Positions 12,401 to 21,808 of a stretch of 64,000 nt of DNA are shown here, in pieces. Within the stretch, counting starts at the first letter, position 1, and the number at the start of each line of letters is the position of its first letter. The DNA comes from Atribacterota bacterium (lineage in GTDB: Bacteria; Atribacterota; Phoenicimicrobiia; Phoenicimicrobiales; Stramentimicrobiaceae). The notes beneath the pieces are model-generated. The model had not been told where the DNA came from and made no database searches. It saw only the letters and a list, made by a program, of their open reading frames with translations. Both the position numbers and the translations under genes were made by a program. The stretch is from positions 736,001-800,000 of the forward strand of contig JAXGNR010000004.1 in assembly GCA_040767965.1 (NCBI GenBank). Direction: 5' to 3'.

Positions 12401-12953
12401 CCGGCATAGTATTATTTTGTATTTCAAGATAAAAATTATCTTCCCCAAACATTTTCTGAAAATACAATGCGGCTTCTTTTGCTTTATTTATTTTATTTTG
12501 TAAAATATACTGAGATATTTCCCCTTTCAGACAGGCAGAAAGACAGATAAGACCATCACTATATTCTTGTAATAATTCTTTATCGATTCTGGGCTTATAG
12601 TAAAAACCTTCCAAAAATGATTTAGTAACCAATTGCAATAAATTTTGATATCCGGTTTTATTTTTTGCCAAAAGTATTAAATGATTCGGTGATTCTTTTT
12701 TGCCATTTGACTTATCTTTTCTGCTTTTTGAAGCAACATACACTTCACAACCAATGATGGGTTTAACATTGTTAGCCATTGCTTCTTTATAAAATTGAAC
12801 AGCTCCGTACATTACTCCATGATCTGTAATTGCTAATGCAGTCATCTTATTTTCTTTTGCTTTTGCTATTAAATCTTTTATTCTGCAAGCCCCATCAAGA
12901 AGACTATATTCAGAATGAACATGCAGATGTATAAAATTATTGTTTTTTGTCAT
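9447..12953 (-). CDS. dnaE: DNA polymerase III alpha subunit
   Basis: PHP domain (HLHVHSEYSLLDG), GPGRGSAAGS, PDFDIDF, KMDFLGL, OB fold. Confidence 0.98.
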   Translation of the reverse strand: MTKNNNFIHLHVHSEYSLLDGACRIKDLIAKAKENKMTALAITDHGVMYGAVQFYKEAMANNVKPIIGCEVYVASKSRKDKSNGKKESPNHLILLAKNKTGYQNLLQLVTKSFLEGFYYKPRIDKELLQEYSDGLICLSACLKGEISQYILQNKINKAKEAALYFQKMFGEDNFYLEIQNNTMPEQIAVNKELIKLGKSLNIPLVATNDVHYINREDREAHDILLCIQTATNLDDPTRMRLSTDEFYFNTPEEMEKQFIDIPEALENTLKIAESCNLEIDFRTAHLPEFNLPDNLTDNEYLRKICYEGAKNKFPDLNDKIRRRLDYELSVIEKMGFSTYFLIVWDFVNYAKKHKIMVGPGRGSAAGSLVAYCLSITNINPLQYKLLFERFLNPERISMPDFDIDFSYEGRGEVIEYVSNKYGRDKVSQIITFGTMAARAAIRDVGRSLGIPYGQVDKIAKLIPMDPKMTIKKALQIEPELKNRMEDDPQIKKMIEVSAKLEGLSRHASTHAAGVVLSRDPLTDFVPLQLTTDGETSTQYAAEDLESLGLLKMDFLGLRTLSVINNTLKIIRKTRKKELNIDEIPLDDKKTYQLLAKGDCCGLFQLESSGMIDLVKRMEPKNIEDITALLALFRPGPLGSGMIDDFIDRKKGKIDIKYLHPSLEPILKDTYGVIVYQEQVMQIASELAGYSLGQADILRKAMGKKVKEIMNKQHQLFTEGAVKNGISKETANEIFDLIDYFAGYGFNKSHSVSYAYISYQTAYLKAHYPVEYMAALLTSIMQNTDKVVKYIKESQNINIKILPPDINESLIDFTVVDKQSIRFGLAAVKNVGNAAIENIIIERNEKGCFTSLFDFCRRVDLKTMNRRTIESLIKCGAFDSTKAKRSQLLSILEHAINLGHEAEKEKRNGQTNIFALISDNNSENNIIRENFSLPDIDEFNDQELLTMEKEILGFYLSKHPLDDYKEKIKKITDASTSRLPDYEDKSHVIMGGIISGIRKKTTKNGNMMAYFVLEDFEGTVDIIVFPKTFEDHKDIITEENIVIVEGKLDIGEFSAKILAESIVPIEDYKKKKKAPIFKNITIDNENTNKKYCLHIETEMDSMDLKKLHKLKNIFTKYPGNNPIILHYKTSKKTFCQKIGNDFGIKYDQNIIEEIKDFLTKGKVWFEKTA

Positions 12954-13020
12954 AATGTAACTCTCTTAACTTTTTTTGTATTATTATACAGGAAATTAAT
13001 TTTATAATTATTTTCAGATA

Positions 13021-13054
13021 ATAATAAGGAAAGCTTTTAAGCTTTCCTTATTAT
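13021..13054. terminator. Inverted repeat, probable terminator after pfk
   Basis: ATAATAAGGAAAGCTT-TT-AAGCTTTCCTTATTAT, 16-bp perfect arms. Confidence 0.65.
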
Positions 13055-13144
13055 ATATTAATATTATCATAAATTAGAGTTAATTTTAATGCTTTAAGTA
13101 ACTACTAATTTTATTTATTTTAATGCATATTATTAGAATTGATT

Positions 13145-14176
13145 TTATTTGAAAAAGATTTTAGCAAAATTGAGCCAATTATTATCAACAATTCTGATAT
13201 TTTTTGTAGCTTCATCTAATGGAATAGCAATAGTGTCATTTCCCTTTAAAGCTGCCATCATACCGTACTCATTATTTTCTATTAACTCCACTGCCTTTAC
13301 CCCAGTTCGCAATCCCAGCATACGATCAAATACAGTTGGATTCCCACCTCTTTGCATATGGCCAATTACAGAGTGTCTGGTTTCAATTCCGGTTTTTTGA
13401 CAAATAACTTCTCCTAAAGCCAGTCCTATCTCCCTTTCTTTTAATATCATATGTCCGAATTGATCTAATTTTTCTTCTTTATTTTCAGTACCCGGCAAAA
13501 CTACTCCTTCAGAAACAACTACCAGGGCATATTTTTTTCTGGAAAACACTCTTTGTAACTGTTTGCACATTCCATCTATATCCGGTTCTTCCTCAGGCAC
13601 CAGTATCCAATCTGCTCCAGATGCAAGACCAGTATAAAGGGCGACCCAACCTGCATGCCTGCCCATAACCTCCAGTATCATTACTCTATGATGCGATTTG
13701 CCTGTGTCTTCCAAACTTTTCATAGCTTCAACTGCTCTTGTTACTGAGCTGTCAAAACCAAATGTAAAATCAGTTGCAGATAAATCATTATCCATTGTTT
13801 TGGGAGCACCCACTACGTTTACCTGATTTTCCTTAAACAATTTATTAGCAACACCTAGTGTGTCTTCACCGCCCATGGCTAATATAGCATCAAGCCCATA
13901 ATTACTTATAGTTTGCAAAACTCTTTTTACTCCATTTTCAATTTTAAATGGATTAGTTCGAGATGTTCCCAGCATGGTACCTGCTTTATCTATTAATTCT
14001 TCTGCATCTTGCAGGTCAATTTTCATTATATTTCCATCCATTAAACCTTTCCATCCATCGCGGATACCAAATACTTCATACTTAAAATCATGGGCACGAT
14101 AAACCGCGCCTCGGATAGCAGGATTTAATCCACAACAGTCTCCACCACCAGTTAAAATTCCAATTCTTTTGGTCAT
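13145..14176 (-). CDS. pfkA: 6-phosphofructokinase, probably PPi-dependent (short type)
   Basis: GGGDCCGLN, GGEDT and PKTMDND (Asp/Lys signature of PPi use), MGR motif. Confidence 0.9.
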   Translation of the reverse strand: MTKRIGILTGGGDCCGLNPAIRGAVYRAHDFKYEVFGIRDGWKGLMDGNIMKIDLQDAEELIDKAGTMLGTSRTNPFKIENGVKRVLQTISNYGLDAILAMGGEDTLGVANKLFKENQVNVVGAPKTMDNDLSATDFTFGFDSSVTRAVEAMKSLEDTGKSHHRVMILEVMGRHAGWVALYTGLASGADWILVPEEEPDIDGMCKQLQRVFSRKKYALVVVSEGVVLPGTENKEEKLDQFGHMILKEREIGLALGEVICQKTGIETRHSVIGHMQRGGNPTVFDRMLGLRTGVKAVELIENNEYGMMAALKGNDTIAIPLDEATKNIRIVDNNWLNFAKIFFK

Positions 14177-14207
14177 CTCTTACCTCCATTATATTGATTA
14201 ATAATTA

Positions 14208-15074
14208 TTAACTTTTATTTTTAGAACCTAAAACTCTAATGCGCCCTTTAATTACCTGCTTAGCAGCTTCTTTTGCATATCCCAAAGGTTTTCTCGGATC
14301 AACTTCGCCAGGATTCTGTAGCATATATTCTTTAATTGCAGTTGTAAATGCAACACGTATACGAGTATCTATATTTACCTTGCAGATACCTGAAGAGATT
14401 CCTTTCTTGAGTTCATCATCATCTACGCCTGAAGCTCCGTGCAAAACAAGTGGAATTCCTGTCAAACTTTTTATTTTTTCTATTCTTGCAAGGTCAAGTT
14501 TTGCAATAGTATCTTTACAGCCATGAATGGTTCCTACAGCAGCAGCAAGTGAATCTATTCCGGTTTGTTTAACGAATTTTGCAGCTTCTTCTGGATCAGC
14601 CATATATTCTTTTATTCTTTCTAAGGCAACTCCTGGTTCATCACTAGAGTCCATTTTCCCAATTTGGCCTATTTCAGCCTCAACAGGTATATTGCAGGCA
14701 TGGGCCATTTCAACAACTTTTTTTGTCATCTCCACATTCTCATAAAAGGGCAATTTTGAACCGTCAAACATTAATGATGTGAAGCCAGCCCTTAAACAAA
14801 GAATATTTTGAAAAAAATCTGTTCCATGGTCCAGATGTAGAACAACAGGAATTGTTACAGATTCAGCCATGGTTTTGACCATACTTACTATCATATTCAG
14901 TTCAGCATATTTTATTGCTCCCTGAGAAGCTTGTACTATTACCGGAGAGCTTTCCTCATTTGCTGTTTCAATAATAGCCTGAACTATTTCCATATTGTTG
15001 GCATTAAAAGCTCCCACTGCATAATTATTTCTTTGAGCATCTAATAGAAGCTCTTTACTGGTAACTAAAGGCAT
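14208..15074 (-). CDS. fba: Class II fructose-bisphosphate aldolase
   Basis: HLDHG, MFDGS, VEAEIG, GTIHG, LHGASG, KVNIDT. Confidence 0.93.
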   Translation of the reverse strand: MPLVTSKELLLDAQRNNYAVGAFNANNMEIVQAIIETANEESSPVIVQASQGAIKYAELNMIVSMVKTMAESVTIPVVLHLDHGTDFFQNILCLRAGFTSLMFDGSKLPFYENVEMTKKVVEMAHACNIPVEAEIGQIGKMDSSDEPGVALERIKEYMADPEEAAKFVKQTGIDSLAAAVGTIHGCKDTIAKLDLARIEKIKSLTGIPLVLHGASGVDDDELKKGISSGICKVNIDTRIRVAFTTAIKEYMLQNPGEVDPRKPLGYAKEAAKQVIKGRIRVLGSKNKS

Positions 15075-15311
15075 TTATTTCTCCTCTCTATTTTCTTTCC
15101 GGAAAATAGTAAACTAATAAATAATCATATTTTGTAATTATATATATGTTGTCACCTAATTGCAATTAGAGACTTAAAATTTAGAATATTAATATTTTAA
15201 ATTTTAGGAAAAAAATTTGAGTTACTTTTTAAATAATGATATATTCATTTAAAAACAAATTATACCCTTACTCTACTTTCAGAAATATATCTTATAAAGA
15301 AAGGAGAAAAG

Positions 15312-16322
15312 ATGTCTAATTTTCAAAATGACCCCCCAAATAACATTAATGACATTCTGGATAAAATCCCAAAAATAAAATTTGATTTTGGAAAGAAAAT
15401 AATTAAATTAATATTGCTCGTAATGGCAATTCTTTATGTTGCAACCGGAATTTACATTGTCCAACCAAATGAACAAGGTGTGGTAAGGAGGTTCGGCAAA
15501 TTTGCAAGGCTTGATAGCCCTGGTTTGCATTACCACCTACCTTACCCTTTTGAAACTGCAGTTACACCATCAGTAACTGAGATCAAAAGAATTGAAATCG
15601 GATTTCGCACTACTCGAAGCGGATATACAGAAATGTCTGAAGAATCGTTGATGCTAACTGGAGATGAAAATATCGTTAATGCCGAGGCAATAGTACAGTA
15701 TAGAATCAAAAATGCTGCTGATTATTTATTTAATATTATAGAGCCTGAACAAACAGTCAGAAATGCTTCAGAAGCTGCCTTAAGACAGGTAATTGGCAGC
15801 AGGAAAATTGATGATGCTCTTACAGAGGGAAAATATGAAATCCAGGAGGAAACAAAATTTCTAATACAGGATTTACTGGATTCTTATGAATCAGGAATTA
15901 TTGTAATGGCAGTACAATTGCAAGATGTAAATCCCCCAGAAGAAGTATCTGCAGCCTTCAAAGATGTTGCAAGTGCTAAAGAAGATAAAAGTAAATTCAT
16001 CAATGAAGCTGAAGGTTATCGAAATGACATAATACCTAATGCCAGAGGAGAGGCCGCTACTATCATAAAAGAAGCAGAGGGTTATAAAATAGAAAGAATA
16101 AGAAAAGCCGAAGGAGATGTTGCTAAGTTTAACCAAATATTACTGGAATATCAAAATGGAAAAGATGTAACAAAATATAGACTCTATATTGAAACAATGG
16201 AAACAATCTTGCCTTATATGGAAAAATTTATTATGGAAAATGAAAATAATGATTTAATAAAATTTTTACCTCTAAAAAATCCTTTCGGGATTGACAATAA
16301 CCCAAAAGATGGTATCAAATAA
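15312..16322 (+). CDS. hflK: FtsH protease modulator HflK
   Basis: TM helix plus SPFH domain, MLTGDENIV, VQLQDVNPPEEV. Confidence 0.95.
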   Translation: MSNFQNDPPNNINDILDKIPKIKFDFGKKIIKLILLVMAILYVATGIYIVQPNEQGVVRRFGKFARLDSPGLHYHLPYPFETAVTPSVTEIKRIEIGFRTTRSGYTEMSEESLMLTGDENIVNAEAIVQYRIKNAADYLFNIIEPEQTVRNASEAALRQVIGSRKIDDALTEGKYEIQEETKFLIQDLLDSYESGIIVMAVQLQDVNPPEEVSAAFKDVASAKEDKSKFINEAEGYRNDIIPNARGEAATIIKEAEGYKIERIRKAEGDVAKFNQILLEYQNGKDVTKYRLYIETMETILPYMEKFIMENENNDLIKFLPLKNPFGIDNNPKDGIK

Positions 16323-17179
16323 TGAAAAAGACTTTTTATATTATTATTGTTTTCCTGTTGATTATTATTGCAAGTTTTTCTTTTTTTATTGTAGATGAAA
16401 CAAGACAGGCTATTATCCTGCAATTCGGTAAACCAGTTAAGGCTATTCAGGAAGCTGGTCTGTATGTCAAGATTCCTTTCATTCAAAATGTTGTCTTTTT
16501 TGAAGATCGTTTATTAATTTATGACGCTTTACCTACAGAAATTATTACTAGAGATAAAAAAACTTTAATTCTAGACAATTATGCCAGATGGAAGATAAAA
16601 AATCCTTTACTTTTTTTGCAAACAGTTCGAGACCTAAACGGCGCACAAGCCAGACTTGATGATATTATTTATTCAGAATTGAGAGTTGATTTAGGGAAAT
16701 TCGACATGAGCGAAATTGTGTCTCAAAAAAGAACTGAAATAATGGGAACAGTTACTCAGCGCAGTAATGAAAAATCCATGGAATACGGTATAAATATAAT
16801 TGATGTCAGAATAAAAAGAGCAGATTTACCACCAGAAAATGAACAGAATATTTTTGCCCGGATGGAAGCAGAGCGTGAAAGAATTGCAAAGCAATATAGA
16901 GCAGAAGGACAAGAAGAATCTGCTAAAATAATAGCAGAAACCGAAAGAGAAAAAACAGTTATACTGGCAGAGGCATACAAAGAAGCTCAGCAGTTAAGAG
17001 GTGAAGGTGAAGCAGAAGCAATAAAGATTTATGCAGAAAGCTTTAATCAGGATCCAGAATTTTATCAGTTTTATAGATCATTGGAATCCTACCAGAATAG
17101 CCTCAACCAGAATACAACCATTTTACTGTCACCAGATAATGAATATATTAAATACTTAAAAAATATTCAAGTAAAATAA
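16322..17179 (+). CDS. hflC: FtsH protease modulator HflC
   Basis: TM helix plus SPFH domain, RMEAERER, DPEFYQFYRSLESY; TAATG coupling to hflK. Confidence 0.95.
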   Translation: MKKTFYIIIVFLLIIIASFSFFIVDETRQAIILQFGKPVKAIQEAGLYVKIPFIQNVVFFEDRLLIYDALPTEIITRDKKTLILDNYARWKIKNPLLFLQTVRDLNGAQARLDDIIYSELRVDLGKFDMSEIVSQKRTEIMGTVTQRSNEKSMEYGINIIDVRIKRADLPPENEQNIFARMEAERERIAKQYRAEGQEESAKIIAETEREKTVILAEAYKEAQQLRGEGEAEAIKIYAESFNQDPEFYQFYRSLESYQNSLNQNTTILLSPDNEYIKYLKNIQVK

Positions 17180-17181
17180 AG

Positions 17182-17229
17182 ATAAGAAAGGCTTTTATAC
17201 AAATTTAAAAGTATAAAAGCCTTTCTTAT
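17182..17229. terminator. Bidirectional terminator-like hairpin between convergent genes
   Basis: ATAAGAAAGGCTTTTATAC-10 nt-GTATAAAAGCCTTTCTTAT. Confidence 0.7.
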
Positions 17230-17273
17230 ATAATTTATTCATTTATTTTGTTAACACTTTAATATCAAAGCTT

Positions 17274-18815
17274 TTAATAACCTAATTCAATACTTATTAT
17301 ATTATCCGGTTTTTCACAGTTTGCTACTTTGATAATATTTTTATATATAGCTAAAACATTTTCTTCTATAGCTTTTTCAGTGTATCCGGCAACATGTGGA
17401 GACATAATAACATTGTCCAATTTATGAAAATTGTATTTACTGGGATAATTTTTAGAATTATTTTTTTCAGGATATTGATACCAGACGTCTATGGCTGCTC
17501 CTGCCAGAAATTTATTTTCCAGGTATTTATAGAGAATTTTTTCTTCTACTACTTTTCCCCTGCTTATATTGATAAGATATTTATTTTTCATTTGGGAAAG
17601 AATTTTTTCATTAATAATATTTTCAGTTTGTTTGGTTAAAGGAACTGTAACAACTATAAAATCAGAATTTTTTATCACGAATTCAATATCGTCTTTGTCA
17701 CCGATATATTGTAGCTTATATTTTTTTTCTAATTTCTTCTTGTTTTTTGCATTTCTTTTTATTGCCAAAACATCCATTCCAAAAATATTGGCCTTTTTCG
17801 CTATTTCTAAACCAATTGATCCTAAACCTATGATTCCTAATTTCTTACCAGCAAGCTCTATATTTTTTTCATTTTTTAAGAAATCATTCCATTTCCCTTT
17901 TCTTAAATCAGAATCATTTTTTATAAGTTTTTTGGCTAAAGCCAACAACAAACATATGGCATGTTCCGAAACTGCATTGCTGTTGCTATGAGTATTGCAA
18001 ATAAATATTTCAGGATAATCTTTAAAAGCACTTAAATCCAAATTATCTAATCCTGAATAAGGTATCTGATAAAGTTTTAAATTGTTCGTCAGTTTAAGAT
18101 CTTCATTGGTTAATTTACCACCTATTATAATATCTGATATTTTTAAAATATCTTTTAAATTCTCTCTACCATTTTCCGGAAATATTAAATTAAATGGAAT
18201 ACTGTGTTTTTCATTTAGATTTTGTAACTTTGTTTTCCAATCACCGGGGCTTAGCATTTTGCTGAAAATTAAAATATTTATTTTATGTTTCTCTGTTTCA
18301 TTATTTAAGTTTTTTATTCCAGTAAAATCATCATTAAATTCTGATATAGGTTTTTCTTTTTTTGCTTTTAAGACTATATCTTCTTCGGGTAATCTTGATT
18401 TTTGATCCTCTGTTTTTTTAATTAACAAACTGCGTGCCAGTTGATCAGCTATCTTATTTTCTTCTCTGCTGTTCCAATAAAAATAAACCTCTGTGTTTTT
18501 AATTTCTTTTAACAGGGTTTTTATTTCATTATAGAGAGGAATTATATTTTCATTTTTAATTTTAAATTGTTTGTTTAATTGCTTTACAACTAATTGGCTG
18601 TCACAGTAAAATTCTGCTATTTGAAAGTTCATTCCCTTGATTTCTTCTAATCCCCTGATAACAGCTTTATATTCAGCAATGTTATTAGTACCAAATCCTG
18701 CTAGTTCATTTATTTTTTTAATTATTTTATTGTCCTCATAAATCACAACGCCAATTGCCATATTTCCAGGATTAGGAATACAGGAGCCATCAACTCTTAA
18801 TATTAATTTTGACAT
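17274..18815 (-). CDS. Fusion: RNase HI-like domain + D-isomer 2-hydroxyacid dehydrogenase
   Basis: aa 1-130: VDGSCIPNPG, TNNIAEY, CDSQLV, REENKIADQLA (D-E-D-D). aa ~178-513: AVSEH, GIIGLGSIG, NISRG, IDVW, SPHVAG. Confidence 0.8.
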   Translation of the reverse strand: MSKLILRVDGSCIPNPGNMAIGVVIYEDNKIIKKINELAGFGTNNIAEYKAVIRGLEEIKGMNFQIAEFYCDSQLVVKQLNKQFKIKNENIIPLYNEIKTLLKEIKNTEVYFYWNSREENKIADQLARSLLIKKTEDQKSRLPEEDIVLKAKKEKPISEFNDDFTGIKNLNNETEKHKINILIFSKMLSPGDWKTKLQNLNEKHSIPFNLIFPENGRENLKDILKISDIIIGGKLTNEDLKLTNNLKLYQIPYSGLDNLDLSAFKDYPEIFICNTHSNSNAVSEHAICLLLALAKKLIKNDSDLRKGKWNDFLKNEKNIELAGKKLGIIGLGSIGLEIAKKANIFGMDVLAIKRNAKNKKKLEKKYKLQYIGDKDDIEFVIKNSDFIVVTVPLTKQTENIINEKILSQMKNKYLINISRGKVVEEKILYKYLENKFLAGAAIDVWYQYPEKNNSKNYPSKYNFHKLDNVIMSPHVAGYTEKAIEENVLAIYKNIIKVANCEKPDNIISIELGY

Positions 18816-18881
18816 ATTTACTCATTTCTTTTCCAGATCATACTTATTATATTTATTTTCTATCTAAATATTTTTTAATTT

Positions 18882-19985
18882 TTATTTATTTAAAGGACAA
18901 TGTAAGCCAATTTCTGTTCTTGCTGTCAAGAAGCACTGGTTGCAATGAATGCAGCTGGACTCTTCTGTGTCGCCGATTTTCCAGCGTTTTATCAAATCAG
19001 GTTCCTTTATCAATGGCCTGCAAAGAGAAATATAGTCAACACCCTCTTTTATTATCAAATCTTCTGCTGTTTTTAAATATTTTATTCCGCCTACCAGAAT
19101 TACAGGTATTTTAAGCTTATTTTTAAGCAATTTAACTTCATCACGATAATAAACATCCTCCTTCTTGCTATCGGCTGAATCTGTTATTTTTCTAGAAAAA
19201 GAATATTTGCTGATATTCAGTGCGGTACCACCGCTTAATTCTATGGCATCAACACCATTTTCTTCAAACAATAAAGCCGTTTCCAGCATATTCTCAGTTG
19301 TCAGGCCTCCACTAATATAGTCATTTGCATTCATTTTTATAATAAGAAGAGTATTATCAGGTAACTTCGATTTTATAGCATTTATAATTTCAAGTATTAT
19401 TCTAGCTCTGTTTTTTACGCTACCTCCATAACTGTCCGATCTTTTATTGAAAAATGGTGATAAAAACTGGCTTAGCAAATACCCATGAGCAGCATGTATT
19501 TGCACACCATCAAATCCAGCCTTTATAGCTCTTCCAGCTGCATCTGCAAAGTCTTTAATTATCTTATTTATTTCATCTTTAGTTATCTCTCTGCAAGTGT
19601 ATCCTTCAATGTTCAAAGTAGAGGGTCCAGCAGGAAGCTTATTTTCTTCTTTGCTCAATGATCTGCCACCGGCATGAGATATTTGCATAACTATCTTGCT
19701 GTTTTCCTGGTGAACACTATTGATCATTTCTTTGTAACTATCAATCATAGAATCATCATAAATTCCTAACTGCTTTGGCCCTGCCTGTCCATTTTCACTG
19801 ACATAGGCGTGGCTTGTAATAATAAGACCTACTTCCCCTTTAGCTAGTTCAACCATCTTCTGTGTTATTTTATTTGTGCAAAATCCTTTATCATCAGCCA
19901 AGCCTTCATAGGTTGCACTACGTACAAATCTATTTTTAATTTCAATACCTTTCAATATATTTTTTCCAAATATATCTTTTTTCAT
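18882..19985 (-). CDS. NADH:flavin oxidoreductase (old yellow enzyme family) with C-terminal Cys cluster
   Basis: KNRFVRSATYE, HAAHGYLLSQFLSP, RSDSYGGS, CIHCNQC...C. Confidence 0.9.
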   Translation of the reverse strand: MKKDIFGKNILKGIEIKNRFVRSATYEGLADDKGFCTNKITQKMVELAKGEVGLIITSHAYVSENGQAGPKQLGIYDDSMIDSYKEMINSVHQENSKIVMQISHAGGRSLSKEENKLPAGPSTLNIEGYTCREITKDEINKIIKDFADAAGRAIKAGFDGVQIHAAHGYLLSQFLSPFFNKRSDSYGGSVKNRARIILEIINAIKSKLPDNTLLIIKMNANDYISGGLTTENMLETALLFEENGVDAIELSGGTALNISKYSFSRKITDSADSKKEDVYYRDEVKLLKNKLKIPVILVGGIKYLKTAEDLIIKEGVDYISLCRPLIKEPDLIKRWKIGDTEESSCIHCNQCFLTARTEIGLHCPLNK

Positions 19986-20018
19986 TCATGATTCTCCTTA
20001 TTGTAATTTTAGAGTTTA

Positions 20019-20078
20019 TTAAAATAATGTCGGGTATAGTGTAAAATCATTTAAAAACTATACCCAACATTATTTTAA
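20019..20078. terminator. Long inverted repeat between dhaL and the OYE gene
   Basis: TTAAAATAATGTCGGGTATAGT...ACTATACCCAACATTATTTTAA. Confidence 0.55.
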
Positions 20079-20093
20079 TTTTTTGAATCTATT

Positions 20094-20744
20094 CTATTTG
20101 TTGTAAAATTTTTCTAATATGTAATTTCCAACAGTATTAATAATTAGATAACCAGAATGGGCTCCAGGATCTTTAACTCCGACACTTCTTTCTTTGAACC
20201 ACCTTGCTCTACCGATTTGTGGTTCCATTTGAATTGTTTCCTCTGCACTTCGATCAGCAATTTCAATAGCTTCTTTAATTATTTTTCTTTCATCATCAGT
20301 ATTTTCTACAGAATTTAAATATTCAACAACAGGAATCAGTGAATCAAGTATAGTTTTTTGCCCTCGTTCTGCCTTGCCTCTTTTTTTAATAGCTTCTATT
20401 CCAGCTTCGAGCATTTTTTTAAGATCATCAAATAAAATCACTTTCTTGTCTTTTATGACTAAACTACATGCTCTCATAGCAGAAAATATTAGTATACCGA
20501 TAGTAGAGCCGGTAACTTCATTAAATTGCATTCCACCTTTTGATAACATATCCTGCATTTCAAGTTGATTATTATTTTTTAGATAATCAGCAACTGAATT
20601 AAAACCACGTGACATAGACAAACCATGATCACCATCGCCGATTTTGCTATCTAAATCATTTAAATAAGATTTTTCTTTATTAAAAACATCTGCCAGTTTC
20701 AGTATAATTTCATAAACATCGTTTTTTTGCAACTGTAAAGACAT
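20094..20744 (-). CDS. dhaL: Dihydroxyacetone kinase-like L subunit (DAK2)
   Basis: LDSKIGDGDHG, GQKTILD, GRAR, DPGA. Confidence 0.9.
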   Translation of the reverse strand: MSLQLQKNDVYEIILKLADVFNKEKSYLNDLDSKIGDGDHGLSMSRGFNSVADYLKNNNQLEMQDMLSKGGMQFNEVTGSTIGILIFSAMRACSLVIKDKKVILFDDLKKMLEAGIEAIKKRGKAERGQKTILDSLIPVVEYLNSVENTDDERKIIKEAIEIADRSAEETIQMEPQIGRARWFKERSVGVKDPGAHSGYLIINTVGNYILEKFYNK

Positions 20745-21751
20745 TACATTTTACCTTCCTTTATAAATGGTGTCCAGATAGGGTGATCGAGATAAGCTTT
20801 TTCTTCTTCATTTATCTTAAACAATGTAATCGAAAATCCTGCCATTTCCAGAGATGTTGCATAACGGCCTATAAAAGGTTTATATATTTTTATCTTTTTT
20901 TCTTTAAATATTTCAGATATTTTTCTAAAAACAATATAAAGCTCTTCCAGCGGAGTTGCTCCTAAACTGTTAACTAAAATACTGATTTCATCTCCCTCCT
21001 TGATAGGCATATCTTCTAATAATAAGTCAATCATATCCTGTGTTACAATATCAGCAGATTTTCTTTGTTCTATTTTTATACCAGCTTCACCATGAATACC
21101 CATACCTATTTCCATTTCATTTTCACCTAAAGTGAAAGAAGGTTTATCTGCACCTGGAACAGTGCAAGGCGAAATAGCAACTCCCAATGTTCTGATTCTT
21201 TCTAATGCATTTTTTGTTTTATCATATACTTCATCTAAAGAAAAACCGTTATCTGCACAAGCTCCAGCTATCTTATAAGCAAAAAATAATCCTGCAACAC
21301 CTCTTCTGGATGATTCATTTCCTTTTTTGCCTGAAGCAATATCATCTGATACCAGTAATGTTTTTACTTCAATTCCTTCTTCTTCAGCCATCTCAGCAGC
21401 CATATCAAAATTCATTATATCTCCACCGTAGTTGCCATATAAATACAAAACACCTTTCCCACCATGTACTGCTTTTGTTAGCGTTAGCATTTGGTTCATA
21501 CTTGGAGAAGCAAATACATTTCCAATAGCTGCACCATCCAGCAAGCCTTTCCCAACATACCCCATAAAAACAGGCAAATGACCAGAACCACCTCCGGTAA
21601 CAATAGCTACTTTATCTTTAATAGGTGATTCAACACGAGCAATGGCTCTTATTTCATTATCTGCTTTCTTCAGTAAATCAGGGTGTGCCTTTAAAATACC
21701 TTCCAACATTTCATTAACATAATTTTCATCTTGATTATAAAAAGTCTTCAT
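20744..21751 (-). CDS. dhaK: Dihydroxyacetone kinase-like K subunit (DAK1)
   Basis: GGGSGHLP, NYGGDIMNF, RRGVAG, GMGIHGE. Confidence 0.9.
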   Translation of the reverse strand: MKTFYNQDENYVNEMLEGILKAHPDLLKKADNEIRAIARVESPIKDKVAIVTGGGSGHLPVFMGYVGKGLLDGAAIGNVFASPSMNQMLTLTKAVHGGKGVLYLYGNYGGDIMNFDMAAEMAEEEGIEVKTLLVSDDIASGKKGNESSRRGVAGLFFAYKIAGACADNGFSLDEVYDKTKNALERIRTLGVAISPCTVPGADKPSFTLGENEMEIGMGIHGEAGIKIEQRKSADIVTQDMIDLLLEDMPIKEGDEISILVNSLGATPLEELYIVFRKISEIFKEKKIKIYKPFIGRYATSLEMAGFSITLFKINEEEKAYLDHPIWTPFIKEGKM

Positions 21752-21808
21752 TTATTATCCTCCTTAAAAAATATAATATTAAATTTCTTCATTTATTAAC
21801 CGTAAATC

